From Octopus bimaculoides (lineage: Eukaryota), in contig NC_068987.1 in the NCBI RefSeq assembly GCF_001194135.2, forward strand, positions 57,824,142 to 57,871,906: a stretch of 47,765 bases of DNA, given 5' to 3'. The translations under genes and the position numbers were made by a program. This document shows positions 11,928-25,606 of this stretch, piece by piece; the stretch's first letter is position 1; every line of letters starts with the position of its first letter. The notes under the pieces are model-generated. The model worked only from the letters and a program-made list of their open reading frames with translations. It ran no database searches and was not told the DNA's origin.

Positions 11928-14472
11928 ATGTTGCTTACTTTGATTTTAATCACCTTACTTTGAAATTTTATGGATAATACCGTACTAAATTCTGGTGCCT
12001 CAACTTAAGTACCATATTCAGCATCCGCACCTGCATATAATAACAAAAATAGGAAATGCCTATTATGCGTAAATGAAATCTTTTTCCTAATTAGGACCAA
12101 AATCCCGATTATTAATAGTTTGAAGGAAAGAAACGTTTCATGCCTTCACAGAATTGGATGTACTTTCTCTAAATTCAAGTAGAACTCAGGTCTAGATACC
12201 GCGCATGCTTTTAATAATACATATTTAAGTTAACCACTATTCTTATGCTAGGTTATGGCATATGTACTGCTGTTATCTACATACATAGATCTAATATAAG
12301 AAAATACCTAGTACTAGGACACCGCTTTTCGCTAGCGATAACTAATTATGCCCTGCTGACATTGGGATGGCTAACACTTGATACTTAAGTGAACATATAT
12401 GTGAGTACATAGATGTGCATGTGTATGTATGTATGTATATNNNNNNNNNNNNNNNNNNNNNNNNNNNNNNNNNNNNNNNNNNNNNNNNNNNNNNNNNNNN
12501 NNNNNNNNNNNNNNNNNNNNNNNNNNNNNNNNNNNNNNNNNNNNNNNNNNNNNNNNNNNNNNNNNNNNNNNNNNNNNNNNNNNNNNNNNNNNNNNNNNNN
12601 NNNNNNNNNNNNNNNNNNNNNNNNNNNNNNNNNNNNNNNNNNNNNNNNNNNNNNNNNNNNNNNNNNNNNNNNNNNNNNNNNNNNNNNNNNNNNNNNNNNN
12701 NNNNNNNNNNNNNNNNNNNNNNNNNNNNNNNNNNNNNNNNNNNNNNNNNNNNNNNNNNNNNNNNNNNNNNNNNNNNNNNNNNNNNNNNNNNNNNNNNNNN
12801 NNNNNNNNNNNNNNNNNNNNNNNNNNNNNNNNNNNNNNNNNNNNNNNNNNNNNNNNNNNNNNNNNNNNNNNNNNNNNNNNNNNNNNNNNNNNNNNNNNNN
12901 NNNNNNNNNNNNNNNNNNNNNNNNNNNNNNNNNNNNNNNNNNNNNNNNNNNNNNNNNNNNNNNNNNNNNNNNNNNNNNNNNNNNNNNNNNNNNNNNNNNN
13001 NNNNNNNNNNNNNNNNNNNNNNNNNNNNNNNNNNNNNNNNNNNNNNNNNNNNNNNNNNNNNNNNNNNNNNNNNNNNNNNNNNNNNNNNNNNNNNNNNNNN
13101 NNNNNNNNNNNNNNNNNNNNNNNNNNNNNNNNNNNNNNNNNNNNNNNNNNNNNNNNNNNNNNNNNNNNNNNNNNNNNNNNNNNNNNNNNNNNNNNNNNNN
13201 NNNNNNNNNNNNNNNNNNNNNNNNNNNNNNNNNNNNNNNNNNNNNNNNNNNNNNNNNNNNNNNNNNNNNNNNNNNNNNNNNNNNNNNNNNNNNNNNNNNN
13301 NNNNNNNNNNNNNNNNNNNNNNNNNNNNNNNNNNNNNNNNNNNNNNNNNTGTTGTTGTTGTCGTCACCATTATCGTCACCATCACTGTTATTGCTACTAG
13401 AACATTAATAACTTGTATAAAATGAACTTCTACATAGAACCTTCCAATATATACAGAAATGACACACACACACTCAACAAAACTTCCTTTCTAAAAAACA
13501 CTTACAGCTTTCTAGATACGGCTAATAGAGCTGATGCCACAAACATCGTATGTGGTGGAATGTTTGCTTATAAAAACTTGTATATGCACACATGAGAGTA
13601 AGGGGACATCCGAGTAAGGCTGTGTACACGAACCCACACATATAGATGTGCATTGGAGTGCCTATAGCGGCCTATCTATAATGTTTGTAGGCTTTTTGGG
13701 TGCCTTGTATTTTTAAGGGTTTTTAGACATATATCTTTTTTATATTTTTGCATGTCCTACATGCTATACCTTCATTTATGTATTCTTTATTATTTTTTTT
13801 TCCTGCTGTACCCTTATTTTTATTTTTATTTGATTTCAATTTTATTTTTTATTTTTATTTCTATCTTATTTTTGCTGTTGTTTTTCTTCTGATCTCTACC
13901 ACACCTCTGTTTTTACCTCTTGCTCTACGTTTGTATGTAACCCTTTGTGAATCTCTGAAGAGGCCTAGAGGTTCGGGCATGTAACCCCATTTCAAAATGT
14001 CATCCGATAATCACTCCNNNNNNNNNNNNNNNNNNNNNNNNNNNNNNNNNNNNNNNNNNNNNNNNNNNNNNNNNNNNNNNNNNNNNNNNNNNNNNNNNNN
14101 NNNNNNNNNNNNNNNNNNNNNNNNNNNNNNNNNNNNNNNNNNNNNNNNNNNNNNNNNNNNNNNNNNNNNNNNNNNNNNNNNNNNNNNNNNNNNNNNNNNN
14201 NNNNNNNNNNNNNNNNNNNNNNNNNNNNNNNNNNNNNNNNNNNNNNNNNNNNNNNNNNNNNNNNNNNNNNNNNNNNNNNNNNNNNNNNNNNNNNNNNNNN
14301 NNNNNNNNNNNNNNNNNNNNNNNNNNNNNNNNNNNNNNNNNNNNNNNNNNNNNNNNNNNNNNNNNNNNNNNNNNNNNNNNNNNNNNNNNNNNNNNNNNNN
14401 NNNNNNNNNNNNNNNNNNNNNNNNNNNNNNNNNNNNNNNNNNNNNNNNNNNATACATACATACATACATACA

Positions 14473-14508
<36 letters not shown>

Positions 14509-15465
14509 TGTATGAAATTCTTAATCTTGCAACGAGATCATGGAATTGAAATTTAGGAATTAAATTTGATAACTAATTTTTGTGACTTTGATAAATCTAT
14601 GTTCTGGATTGGTACTCCAGTTTCAATCTATGCGTTTTGTAAAGTTTAAAGAGATGGAAGCCTCGATGTGCATGACTTTAATATTCCTTCGGAGACTAAG
14701 AAGACTAATACGGCTGCTGTTCATTTTGAACATTCGCTAGTTGCCGTCTGAATGAAAAATATGGACAGGAACAGGAGTTTAGTTGTAGAAAGAATACATT
14801 TATTGATTATTGCGGTAGTTGGAGTTTGGTGTTTTATTGAAAAATATGAATATGGGTGCGTTTTTTTTTACGTGATAGAATGATATCTAATATGGTACTA
14901 ACACACTCATTCCGGTGATGGACTTTGTCTATTATATTTGCACTTATTTTATGCTATGTATTAAGATGCATATCATGGTTTTAGATCACGCTGTACACCG
15001 AGCATATAATGATTCGTTTTTTATTAGTTGGAGTATATAAGTACTGATCAGCAAACAACTTGGTTCGCTGAAATTATAAACAAAGCCAGTGGCTTATCTA
15101 GGCTCAGGGGCCCGAGTACTTCTAACTGATCAGACACAACTTGTCAAAATAACAGTGTTCCAGAATTCCTTGCGCCAGTGAACCTAGTGTGTTATGAACA
15201 CACTGTCGTAGTAAAAGGGAAAAGTTTCCTACACCCCAGAGATTAAGATATAGGCGTTTGAATCTGCCGGAATGTATTAAGAATAAATATGCGAATCATC
15301 GTTTCACGCTGTACACAGAGCAAATAATATTTATACTTACTACATGGATCTTCAGAAAAATGACAAATGAATCCACCCTCTGCACGATTTGAACTAAAAA
15401 AAACTTGAAAGTTAGTGTTTAATAATTAAATAAAAATCGGTGGCACTTCATTGGCAATGTGTACG

Positions 15466-15844
15466 CTTTTATTTGTTTCAGTGATCGGACTGCTGCCATG
15501 TTGAGATACCGTTTGAAAGTACTGGTTAAACAAATTAAACCCAGTACTTATTTTTAAAACACTGGTACTTATTCTATCGGTTCCTTTGGCTGAACTGTTA
15601 AGTTACGAGGCTGTCAACAAGCCAACTCTGGTTGTCCAGTGGCAGAAGAAGAGAAAACACGATGACATGCACAGATACACACGGTGGGCTTCCACAAGGA
15701 TTCCGTCTACCAAATACATTCATATGGCATTCGTCAGCCTGAGGTTATAATATAAAACACTTGCTCAAGTTGCCGTGCAGTGGAACTGAAATTGAAACCC
15801 CATGATTTCAAAGAAAAGTTCTTAAAACTCACAACAATGCCTAT
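15466..15844 (-). mobile_element. tRNA-derived SINE, family C (CORE-like body), degenerate
   Basis: Reverse-complement homolog of 45638-45975. Confidence 0.75.
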
Positions 15845-17433
15845 GTCAAAAAAGTAAAGAAAAAGAAAAAAAAAGCTGTTCTGAATTACAGAGCCAAAAC
15901 CGTATGTATTTCAAATATTACTTCTATCCTTGTCGAGGTTTGCGCTAAGAGTCTAAATGTATAAATGTTGAAATTCCAAATAATTTGTAATGAGTGTTTT
16001 TTGATATAATTAGTTTCGACCAGTCGTTAAGCATATTACTAATCATTAGCAGTAAGCTAAATAAATGACATGATAGGTATCGATCGAGGAACACACCGGA
16101 AAGATGTATATTGAGACAGAAATAAATCAATACATGTGTACATATACATAATCAAGCCTGTAAGACTGATTTCTTTTTATTATATATACATGATTTGAAA
16201 ACCTTATTGCTTTCAGGATAGGAAAACATATTTCGAAGCACTATTAAGCGTGTAACCAGCTGCACGATTATATATTAAAAGCGAGATATCACCTCTTATA
16301 TTATTTCGTTATTTATAACTTCTAGTTTCTGAATACAAATGAAACCAGTATTTTAAATATAGACAACGATCGTGTATACAACTTATATCTTCCATACACT
16401 CTAGATTATACATTGAAAGAAAATGATGTGGTACGAGATACTGCCGTATTATCCACAAATATATCATCTTTCTTCTTACAGAAATGAATATTTGAAGAAG
16501 TATTGAATTGATTAATCACAAGGTTAATGTTCGAAAGGGGGTTATTTACTTGACTTATTTTACCGATTACAGAGAGATTAAAAGCAGCGTTGAATACTTA
16601 CGAATAATATATGTTAATCATATTATTTACATGTATCCAAGGAAGCGGGAATTACATCGTTGGATGTTTAGGAGAGTGAATAGTCTTTAACCAGATTTCA
16701 AAACTATCCAGTAAACATCGTTCGCTGAGTGTGTATCTCTAATCTAAAGCAATAAAGTCTCATATGATTGGAAATACATACAACACAACATAGACATGAT
16801 TCTATACAAGTATTTAATATCGACATGAAAAAATTATGGATATATATATATATATATATTGATATATGCGTTTCACTCCACATGTATTACACGCGCTACT
16901 AATAGTTTCACGTTCATCAAGCGCTGATTATTCTCTGAAACCAAGTTTAAATAGACGACCGGGCGAGAGGTGATGCTAAAGTAGATCATATTTAATGGAA
17001 GATTCCACTACAGGTGAGCTACCAAACTGAACCGAGGTAGAGCGTTCAGATGAATTTGAATCGAAAATAAACATAAAAATAAACCAAAATGATAAAGTTA
17101 TAGATTATAAAAGTTATAAAAATTAAATTATAAACGTGTCAGTATATAAAATATGAAAATACATATAGATCTACAGATAATCTAAAGACTATACAAATAT
17201 ATACAAATACATAAGCTATATACAATGCATAAATTATACAAATGAATATACATAAATTGTATAATATTGTAAGTGTGGAAAACTCAACGGTGTCTGTTAT
17301 AAAAGGTCTACATTTATAATATATAAAAATTACAAAAGGAATATGAAAGGATGGAAAAAATATAATATAACTATAAATATGAGATATAAATTAAGACAAT
17401 GACAGAAGAAACTATATCTATATTCCTATGCGT

Positions 17434-17465
<32 letters not shown>

Positions 17466-18305
17466 TATATATACGTGTGTGTGTGTGAGTGTGTGTAAAT
17501 AATAAGGGATTACTCCAAACGTTTACTGGTTTGCTCTCATTTAGGTATTCAAAATATGTTATTCAACAGTTAATGTATGAATCCAATAATATTCTCATAA
17601 GATAAGAATTTAGAGATATATTCTTTTGGCTTATCATTTAAGTTCATTTAGAGATAAAAATAAAACATTTCAAACAAGTCTTAATAAATTAATCTTGTCT
17701 ATTAAAGACAGAAACAAATACTATACTATCAGTTAGGAATTAATTGTTTACTGCAATAACATACAGACCGGGAACAAGAGAAAAAAATATGACATGTTTA
17801 GAAGAATTTTACCAAATTTGTACATCTAAATGTAATGTAATAAATTTTAAACAGAAACAAGTTTTGAGATGCTTGCACATGAGAAAATTCACATTTGCCC
17901 TGTATAAATGGATAATAAAGATTTAAACAACAGAACGTTTTGAAATAACAGACTATAAGTGATTATCCAATCAAAACTTGAGTTAAAGATAGTTCGCGTC
18001 TAACTTAGCGAACAAATCTACATCATACAACGCAGAGTAAATAAATGAAAACCGTTAAACAGTTAAATCGAAGGATATCATGTAAAGACTTTGAAGAAAG
18101 TGCACCGGTATTACAGTAGGTTTGCAATTGCAGCGGTTACTAATCGGTGCAGTTGAAACATATGTAGGTCTATGTAAAGCTGTATATATATAAAAAAGGG
18201 TTAAAGGTTATGTTATGCCACTTCCTAATAATCATTATTATTATATATACAAAGTCGAACATACATACACGAGGTGCCTGTGTTATTAGTTTATCGGGCA
18301 TGAAT

Positions 18306-18341
<36 letters not shown>

Positions 18342-18360
18342 GGTTATGATGATGATAACG

Positions 18361-18420
18361 ATGATGATGATGATGATGATGATGATGTTGATCATCATCA
18401 TCATCATCATCATCATCATC
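18361..18420. repeat. (ATG)9-TTG-(ATC)10 self-complementary microsatellite junction
   Basis: Direct reading. Confidence 0.95.
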
Positions 18421-19753
18421 TTGAAAATCATTGCGTTTGAATAATATATTCAAAACCTTTCGGAGTTCCATGAGGTAGATTTCTCCTAAAGTCAAACAAA
18501 ATTTGGCATAAAAAGGTTTCACCTGTTTTATTTTTAATGTATAATGCAATTCACAAAATTTACATATCTGTCAGTTAGTCGTTGTAGACATTTCGATGTT
18601 GATATTTTGCATAGCAAGATTCAAATCCGTAGAATAGTACTCTCGATTCATGAATTTGTAAACGATATTCGATCTTATACATGTCCAGATCTTGAGAGTG
18701 TGAGACCAGAAAATGATAAAATTTAGTATCGACTAACTTTGCCTTCATGTCGCTTATAAGTCAGTTTGAATGATTCTCATGCACTACCACTTAAGAATCA
18801 ATTATCAATTTTTACATCGATAGGCAACACGGTAAAAACGTGCACTAACTGAGTATTTAAATTCTCCCAACATACCACACCAGCCAGATACAGCTCTATA
18901 TTGTTGAAGGTATAGAGACTTACAAATATATTGCAGAAGAGATTCTTTCATGCAAAATAATTTTTTGTTTTTTTTTGTTTATATATAGAACTTCTCCTGA
19001 GGAAAAGGCCATCGAAGATAACTATGGCTTTCATCCTTCTGGAAATAGTAAAAGAAAATATCAGTCAACTAGGAAATAAATTTACTCGCCTGTTCCTGTG
19101 TAAAAAAATTATTTTTCTACTCTTCTCATGAACGACGGAGTGACAAAATCGTCAGAGCGTCAAACGAAATAAATTGTGGTACAAATTTACAGTCCTTTAC
19201 ACTTCCAAAGGTCGTTCAGATAAATACTTGTCAAGGACTGAATACGATTTTATCGATTATCTTCTCTTGACAAACTTCTGACAATACAGCCATATTACAA
19301 ACTATAATTATCTCGCTTATATTACTCATTATTATCGTATACTGGACTAGACATATAAAGTAACATCCATATAACAACATAAAAAGAAATGAAGCTAAAT
19401 ATTTCCTTATAACGCTACTCATATCTAATTAATTAATGCTTCTGCTGCGTTGACAATGGAATTATGAAACAGACACTAATAGCAGTTCCTCTTGCATCTT
19501 TCATGGCTTATCTACTTTTTCATTATATTTAACATGAAAAACACTAAAGGAATATCATAGGAGTAAAGTTAAAATAGAACAAGATCACAGTTAAATGCTT
19601 GGATCAAATAATGCATCTTCTACATGTTCTATAACTCTTATCAATTACAGCTGATTACAGCACACCAACATCAAAAACATAATACCTAACTTGCAGGACA
19701 TTTGGTGTCATGTACAGAGAAAGTGGATAGAACATACAGAGTAAGAGACAGAG

Positions 19754-19790
<37 letters not shown>

Positions 19791-20391
19791 AGGAGAAAGA
19801 GAGAAAGATTAAAAAAAGGGAGAGAACGGGAAGCAAAAAAAAAACGTAGTAGGTGAGAGAGGAAGAAGAGAAGACAAGAGTGATGGAAATCTGACATAAA
19901 AATATGACGAATGATTCAAAATGTGAAAAATCGAACGAGTCGAATGTAATATAAATTAGACGCACAAATCAGTTTGCAATCTGTGGACTATTGCTAGGAA
20001 GGTGTTGGGATTGAGGAGGGAATATTTTATGGAAAACATTTTATTAGGCAAGAAGCCATTGCTTTAATACTTGTATACATTTGAAAAAGTATGTCAGAGA
20101 TAGATCAAGCAGAAACCATTGAAAGAGTATATGATTAAAGCATCTGTATTTTATTACATCCTGTATATTGAGTTCAAATTCAATGTTTTACCTCCCTTCA
20201 CTTTGATGTTGATAAAGTAGGTACTAATAATAAATTAGGCAACTAAAACGACTGTAAGCTTTTAGTATTATGCTGTTATGCATAGTCAAAATAATAGAAT
20301 TATATACAGTTGAATTACGTCTTTCACCTTCTGTTGGAATCTCTGTAAACATATGATTGTATTGACATATTAATATACAGCAGTAAACGAA

Positions 20392-20615
20392 GGCAGTGAT
20401 TTGGCAGAATCGTTTGTACGCCGTGCAAAATACTCAGCGGGATTTCGTCCGTCTTTACTTCATTAAGTTCTGAGTAGAAATACCGCCGAATTTACCTTAC
20501 CTTTCATCACCTCACCGTCGATAAATTAAGTACCACCTGAACACTGCGGTCAATGTAACTGACTTAACCCTACCCACCACAAAATACAAGCTGGCCTTGT
20601 GTCAAAATTTGAAGA
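20392..20615 (+). mobile_element. SINE family A copy
   Basis: GGCAGTGATTTGGCAGAATCGTT head and family A body and tail. Confidence 0.8.
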
Positions 20616-21231
20616 CAGTATACAAGATAAGTACTATCTTAATAGAAATACAATTATATAAATATTTTTCCTGCGAGCTCGCACACTTCCGAATACATGA
20701 ATAGAAAATAAATATGGATATACATTTGTATCTATCTATCTACAAATACGTGCATATATGTATAATAGGATGAAATTTTTTTCTTTCTTTTCTTTTCATT
20801 TATCACATCCGTATGTAAACAATCTCTTGCAATATGTGTGTGAACGTGTGTGGGTGTTCGTGTCTATACTTGTGCTATACATATTCGTTTGTTTAAGCAC
20901 GCGGCTGTGTGTATATATGCATACAAATATATACGTGTGTGTGTATATGTGTGTGTGTGAATGGATGTGTGTGTGTGAATGGATGTGTGTGTGAATAGAT
21001 GTGTGTGTGTGAATGTGTCTGTGAGTGTGTGTGTATCTATATATACAGACACACACATACACACACGCTCACACACAGAACAGACACATATGGGTTTATA
21101 CACACATATAGGTAATATACTCCGTGCATGCGTATGAATACTTTATAATTCTCAATCAGCAGAAAGGCAGGAAAGCAACTGAAGGGGCCAGGGTTTTTTG
21201 GCATAGCACGAGCAGATTTATATATATACGT

Positions 21232-21276
<45 letters not shown>

Positions 21277-22559
21277 NNNNNNNNNNNNNNNNNNNNNNNN
21301 NNNNNNNNNNNNNNNNNNNNNNNNNNNNNNNNNNNNNNNNNNNNNNNNNNNNNNNNNNNNNNNNNNNNNNNNNNNNNNNNNNNNNNNNNNNNNNNNNNNN
21401 NNNNNNNNNNNNNNNNNNNNNNNNNNNNNNNNNNNNNNNNNNNNNNNNNNNNNNNNNNNNNNNNNNNNNNNNNNNNNNNNNNNNNNNNNNNNNNNNNNNN
21501 NNNNNNNNNNNNNNNNNNNNNNNNNNNNNNNNNNNNNNNNNNNNNNNNNNNNNNNNNNNNNNNNNNNNNNNNNNNNNNNNNNNNNNNNNNNNNNNNNNNN
21601 NNNNNNNNNNNNNNTGTGTGTGTGTGTGTGTGTGTGTATTGAGAAAAAAGTCTTCAGAATTTTGGAAAAAATCCTTTTATTTTTATTATTATTAGTGCTT
21701 TCGTTCCTCTCTAGAACTTGTGAAATACAATTTTGTGAATGTATAAACAGCTTGTTCATTTATATAGAAGAGGTGCTTTGGAGGTTTTGCTTAGAAGAGA
21801 ACATTGTTTTTGTTTTTTGGGGTGAGGTTACAAGACAATGGAGATGGATATATAGAAATATAGGTAGGTAGATAGGCTGAAATATATATATAAAATCAAA
21901 ATAAGCAACAAGGACATTCAAAGTTAATGCAGTACGATCGTTTCATGCGACTCCATTCATAAAAGCAATGTGAACATTACATCAAATGTAAAATGCAGAG
22001 GAATCCTCAGCTGCACAAAGATATATAGAAATTTTCTGAAATTTCATTTCAACAGAAGGACATATTTTTGTAACTACATTTAAACTCTCCAAGTTGAAAG
22101 GAAGAATACAAAAAAAAACATTTTGACTTAGCCAGAACATACAGGCTAGTAATTAATTCTAAGCAGATTTTCAATTGTCACTGATTTTATTTGTTTTTTG
22201 TTTCTGATTTATGGACCATCTTATCAGACCTAGTGATTCAAAGCTTAAGAGGGCACTAGCATTTTCTTTATAGGGAAAGGGAAAGGGGTAAACAATATAG
22301 ACAGGATAGGTGGATGATATGGCTATAAAATTTCTTTGGGTTTAGTGACAAACTACTATAGGTGGGGGGATTCTCTACTAGCAGACCAGTTTATAATGGG
22401 GCAGGGAAAGTTCTAGGTCAAAAGTATATAAAGTAAAGTTGCTATATTATGTACAGATACAGTAAATGTTTATTCATCGCTTTCATTAATCGGAATAATG
22501 TATCAGTATTGTTTTACATATGCTAAGTTTGAAATACTTGAGATACCAATATTTGCTTA

Positions 22560-22926
22560 ATTAATATGTGGCAGTCACAAGATTTTCTTGAGTTGAGCTC
22601 CGATTTCAAGAGAAGTTTGAGGCGCTTGAAATATGCAGCGGTGACCTTGTCAGGTTGTTAATTTCTAAATCAAAAGCAATGGTAGGTCTGTCAGTATTTG
22701 GGTGTCTTTGGTCATTCTTATTGTCAATTTGTAGGCCAAGTGACTTTATAAATTTCTCACGAAGCTTCATAACTGAAGCTTTCTTGGAATTGTCATGCTT
22801 CAGTGCAGTTCGTAAGAGCACATCACTTGTATTAAGGTACGTTTCAAGAACTGTTATTGCTGATTTGAAGGATTATTCGAGCTGTATCAGTCATTTGAGT
22901 CCGGTACCTTGCAAGTATTTTACGGA

Positions 22927-22928
<2 letters not shown>
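22560..22928 (-). mobile_element. R4/Dong-like non-LTR retrotransposon fragments (RT thumb and post-RT region)
   Basis: Minus translation gives QGTGLK*LIQLE*SFKSAITVLETYLNTSDVLLRTALKHD...KLREKF (resembling GGRGLxQxE...YL) and KVTAAYFKRLKLLLKSELNSRNLVTA (resembling EYxxRxRxILKSELNxxNxIxAIN). The fragment abuts (ATT)n at 22929-22982. Confidence 0.7.

Positions 22929-22982
<54 letters not shown>
22929..22982. repeat. (ATT)n microsatellite
   Basis: Direct reading. Confidence 0.98.
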
Positions 22983-22983
<1 letters not shown>

Positions 22984-23089
22984 TAACGTAGAGAGCAACT
23001 ACAAAGGAAAGTGGAACCCCAGCATATTGGGGGAATTTTACTGGATGTCCTTGCGTGACATCCCCGAGGCAAAGTACACAAGATCGTAA
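22983..23089 (+). mobile_element. C-terminal remnant of a DDE transposase, probably Chapaev3/CMC-like
   Basis: NVESNYKGKWNPSILGEFYWMSLRDIPEAKYTRS* resembles the recalled tail motif MExRYQGKWNPSMLADYCWxLxRD. The family assignment is from memory only. Confidence 0.45.
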
Positions 23090-23136
23090 AAAAAAAAAAA
23101 ATCACTTCCAACTGTCTGCTGGAAATAAAATAAAAG

Positions 23137-23175
<39 letters not shown>

Positions 23176-23180
23176 CTATC

Positions 23181-23288
23181 ACTCTGGATGCCTCCTTGAA
23201 GATCTCTTGCAACTAATGCAGAACCGAAATGGATTGCATGTGCGAGTTAAAAATGCCCGAGCAACCTTGATCAGATGATGATGATCAC
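23181..23288 (+). mobile_element. Probable 3' end of an RTE-like LINE with a (GAT)n tail
   Basis: GCLLEDLLQLMQNRNGLHVRVKNARAT resembles the C-terminal motif GCxxEDLPxAMxDRDGWRxRV. It ends in GATGATGAT and follows (CAT)n at 23140-23175. Confidence 0.4.
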
Positions 23289-23440
23289 TGTGAATGCGAA
23301 AATGGAGAGATGGCAGAATTGTTAGGTCTCTACTTTATTCGATTCTCTACGTTTAAATACTGGAGTCAATGTTCCGACTTCCCTTTCTCCTCATAATCTG
23401 CTGGCCCTCTGCGAAAATTTGGAACCATTACTATTGTTAA

Positions 23441-23632
23441 GGCGGTGAGCTGATAGAGTCAAAATGCCCTGCACAATTTTTTCGGCCCTCTACGTTCCGA
23501 GTTCAAATTCAGCCGCAGTCAACTTTCATCCTGTCGGAATAGATAAACTACGTACCAATTGAGCGCTGGGGTCAGTCTCAACGACCAAAACCCTTGTCCA
23601 AAAATAGTTGAGGTCGTGCCGAAATTTGAAAC
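23441..23632 (+). mobile_element. SINE family A copy (preceded by a 3' fragment of another at about 23325-23425)
   Basis: GGCGGTGAGCTG head and GAGTTCAAATTC B-box. Confidence 0.8.
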
Positions 23633-24258
23633 TATTTTTATCATTTTCATTCCCCACCCAAACTTACTTAACGCATCTTTCAGTCCTTCTTCATCGATTT
23701 TGCATCATCTTATTTCAAATCCCAAAATAGTCTCTTCTTAATTAACGGCGAATTTCTAGTTTTCTATTTCTTCTAGTTCTTCTGCTTCCATCCCATTATT
23801 CCCCAGCCTTTTAATCTCTATATCTCGTATCTTACATCTGTTGCCATCGTTTTAGACAATACTCGTTTCCTAGTTTGTATGTTTTAGCATATCTCTTTAC
23901 ATAAATAGGTTATTGATTCAATTTTCTCTGAGGATACAAAAGTTGGAAAACTTTTTTTCAATGTATAGAAAAATGACCAATACACACGCATACACAGAAA
24001 ACATATTCGTACAAATACATACCTGAATACATAGATTTACACGCTCGCATATACGTGCGTTCTTGTTGTTATAGCGTCATGAATTTAATGAGTATCAAAA
24101 ATGCTAATTAGAAATAAACACGCAATAAAAAATATAGTAGTGTTCAATGCGCAATATTGTAAATATTGCAATAAGTATGATACAAAACACCCGACATCTT
24201 TCTGCACAATGAGCTCAGATTTCGATGCTACTTGCAAAAGTACTTTTTATTTATACAC

Positions 24259-24290
<32 letters not shown>

Positions 24291-24297
<7 letters not shown>

Positions 24298-24511
24298 CTT
24301 TACTACCCACAAGGGGCTACACACAGAGGGGACAAGCAAGGATAGACAGACAAACAGATTAAGTCGATTATATCGACCCCAGTGCGTAACTGGTACTTAT
24401 TTAATCGACCCCGAAAGGATGAAAGGCAAAGTCGACCTCGGCGGAATTTGAACTCAGAACGTAGCGACAGACGAAATACCGCTAAGCATTTCGCCCGGCG
24501 TGCTAACGTTT

Positions 24512-24513
<2 letters not shown>
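24291..24513 (-). mobile_element. SINE family A, young subfamily, embedded in (TG)n
   Basis: Near-identical to 11374-11602. Pure (TG)n arrays lie on both sides (about 24266-24291 and 24514-24558). Confidence 0.92.
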
Positions 24514-24563
<50 letters not shown>

Positions 24564-25463
24564 TTACTGTTCACTGTTAGAAAAATGAGTACTGAACACT
24601 ATAGTAAAAATTAAGAATAGTTCGTATAATTTGGTCGAGTCAGTTTCCCTGCTACTAAATGAAACTCATACGTATACGTGTGCGTTGGTGTGTGCATATT
24701 CTCAGAGAAATTTAATTGAATAATTCATCATATTGCATGCATATATAGAAATAGCTTAACGTGGACCGAAAATCAGAGTAGACTACGAAATACATTACAG
24801 TTTAAAAGCAACATAGAAACGTTTACTCAATAAACCCAAGTATAAATGAGATAATGCAATTAACATAGTGGAAATTATACAGTATAGTATTGAACTAACT
24901 GTTAGCGAACATTTCAGACTCGTAAAACTTAATATTGTTTCGTGCAATCCTTTTATAATTCATTCAGCAAAGTCTCATTCGCGAATAAAATGTGGAAATA
25001 TCTCAAAACGTTCTGTTACTCTGTATGACTTTGCAAGAAAGCTCTATTCTTTATCAGAATGTTTATAGTTATGCTTCGGTTAATAGAAATATAGAAATAA
25101 AGAAGTAGTTTATTTTATAGCTGCATTTCTAAATGAATGGATATACCGAGAATAATTTGGCTTAAAATTATTCACCGGTAACTTTGTAATTAAAAATAAT
25201 ACATTTCTAAATCTCTGAGAGACTTAAGCAGTAGTGATGCGATAAAGTAGTTGTATACTGTCAACTTAACGTGACAGTCCAAATAAGGGGATATACTACT
25301 GCTATTTAGCCCTAGGAAACTGGACCGCTTCCTGTTGGCCTTGACACATTTCCTGTGTCCTTATCTTTGCGAAGATATGAAAACTTAAATTTTGAGAAGG
25401 TAATAAATGCGTGACATTCATGTGATGGCAAAGTGAATAATTTCCTATGTATATGTGTGTAAC

Positions 25464-25606
<143 letters not shown>

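Noticed and set aside
13950-14017. CTGAAGAGGCC… as another hammerhead
   Set aside because: No properly placed GAAA or stem II closure is visible before the N-gap.
23640-23880. Minus-strand KIDEEGLKDALSKFG as a LINE ORF1 relic
   Set aside because: The similarity is too short and broken by stops to support a call.
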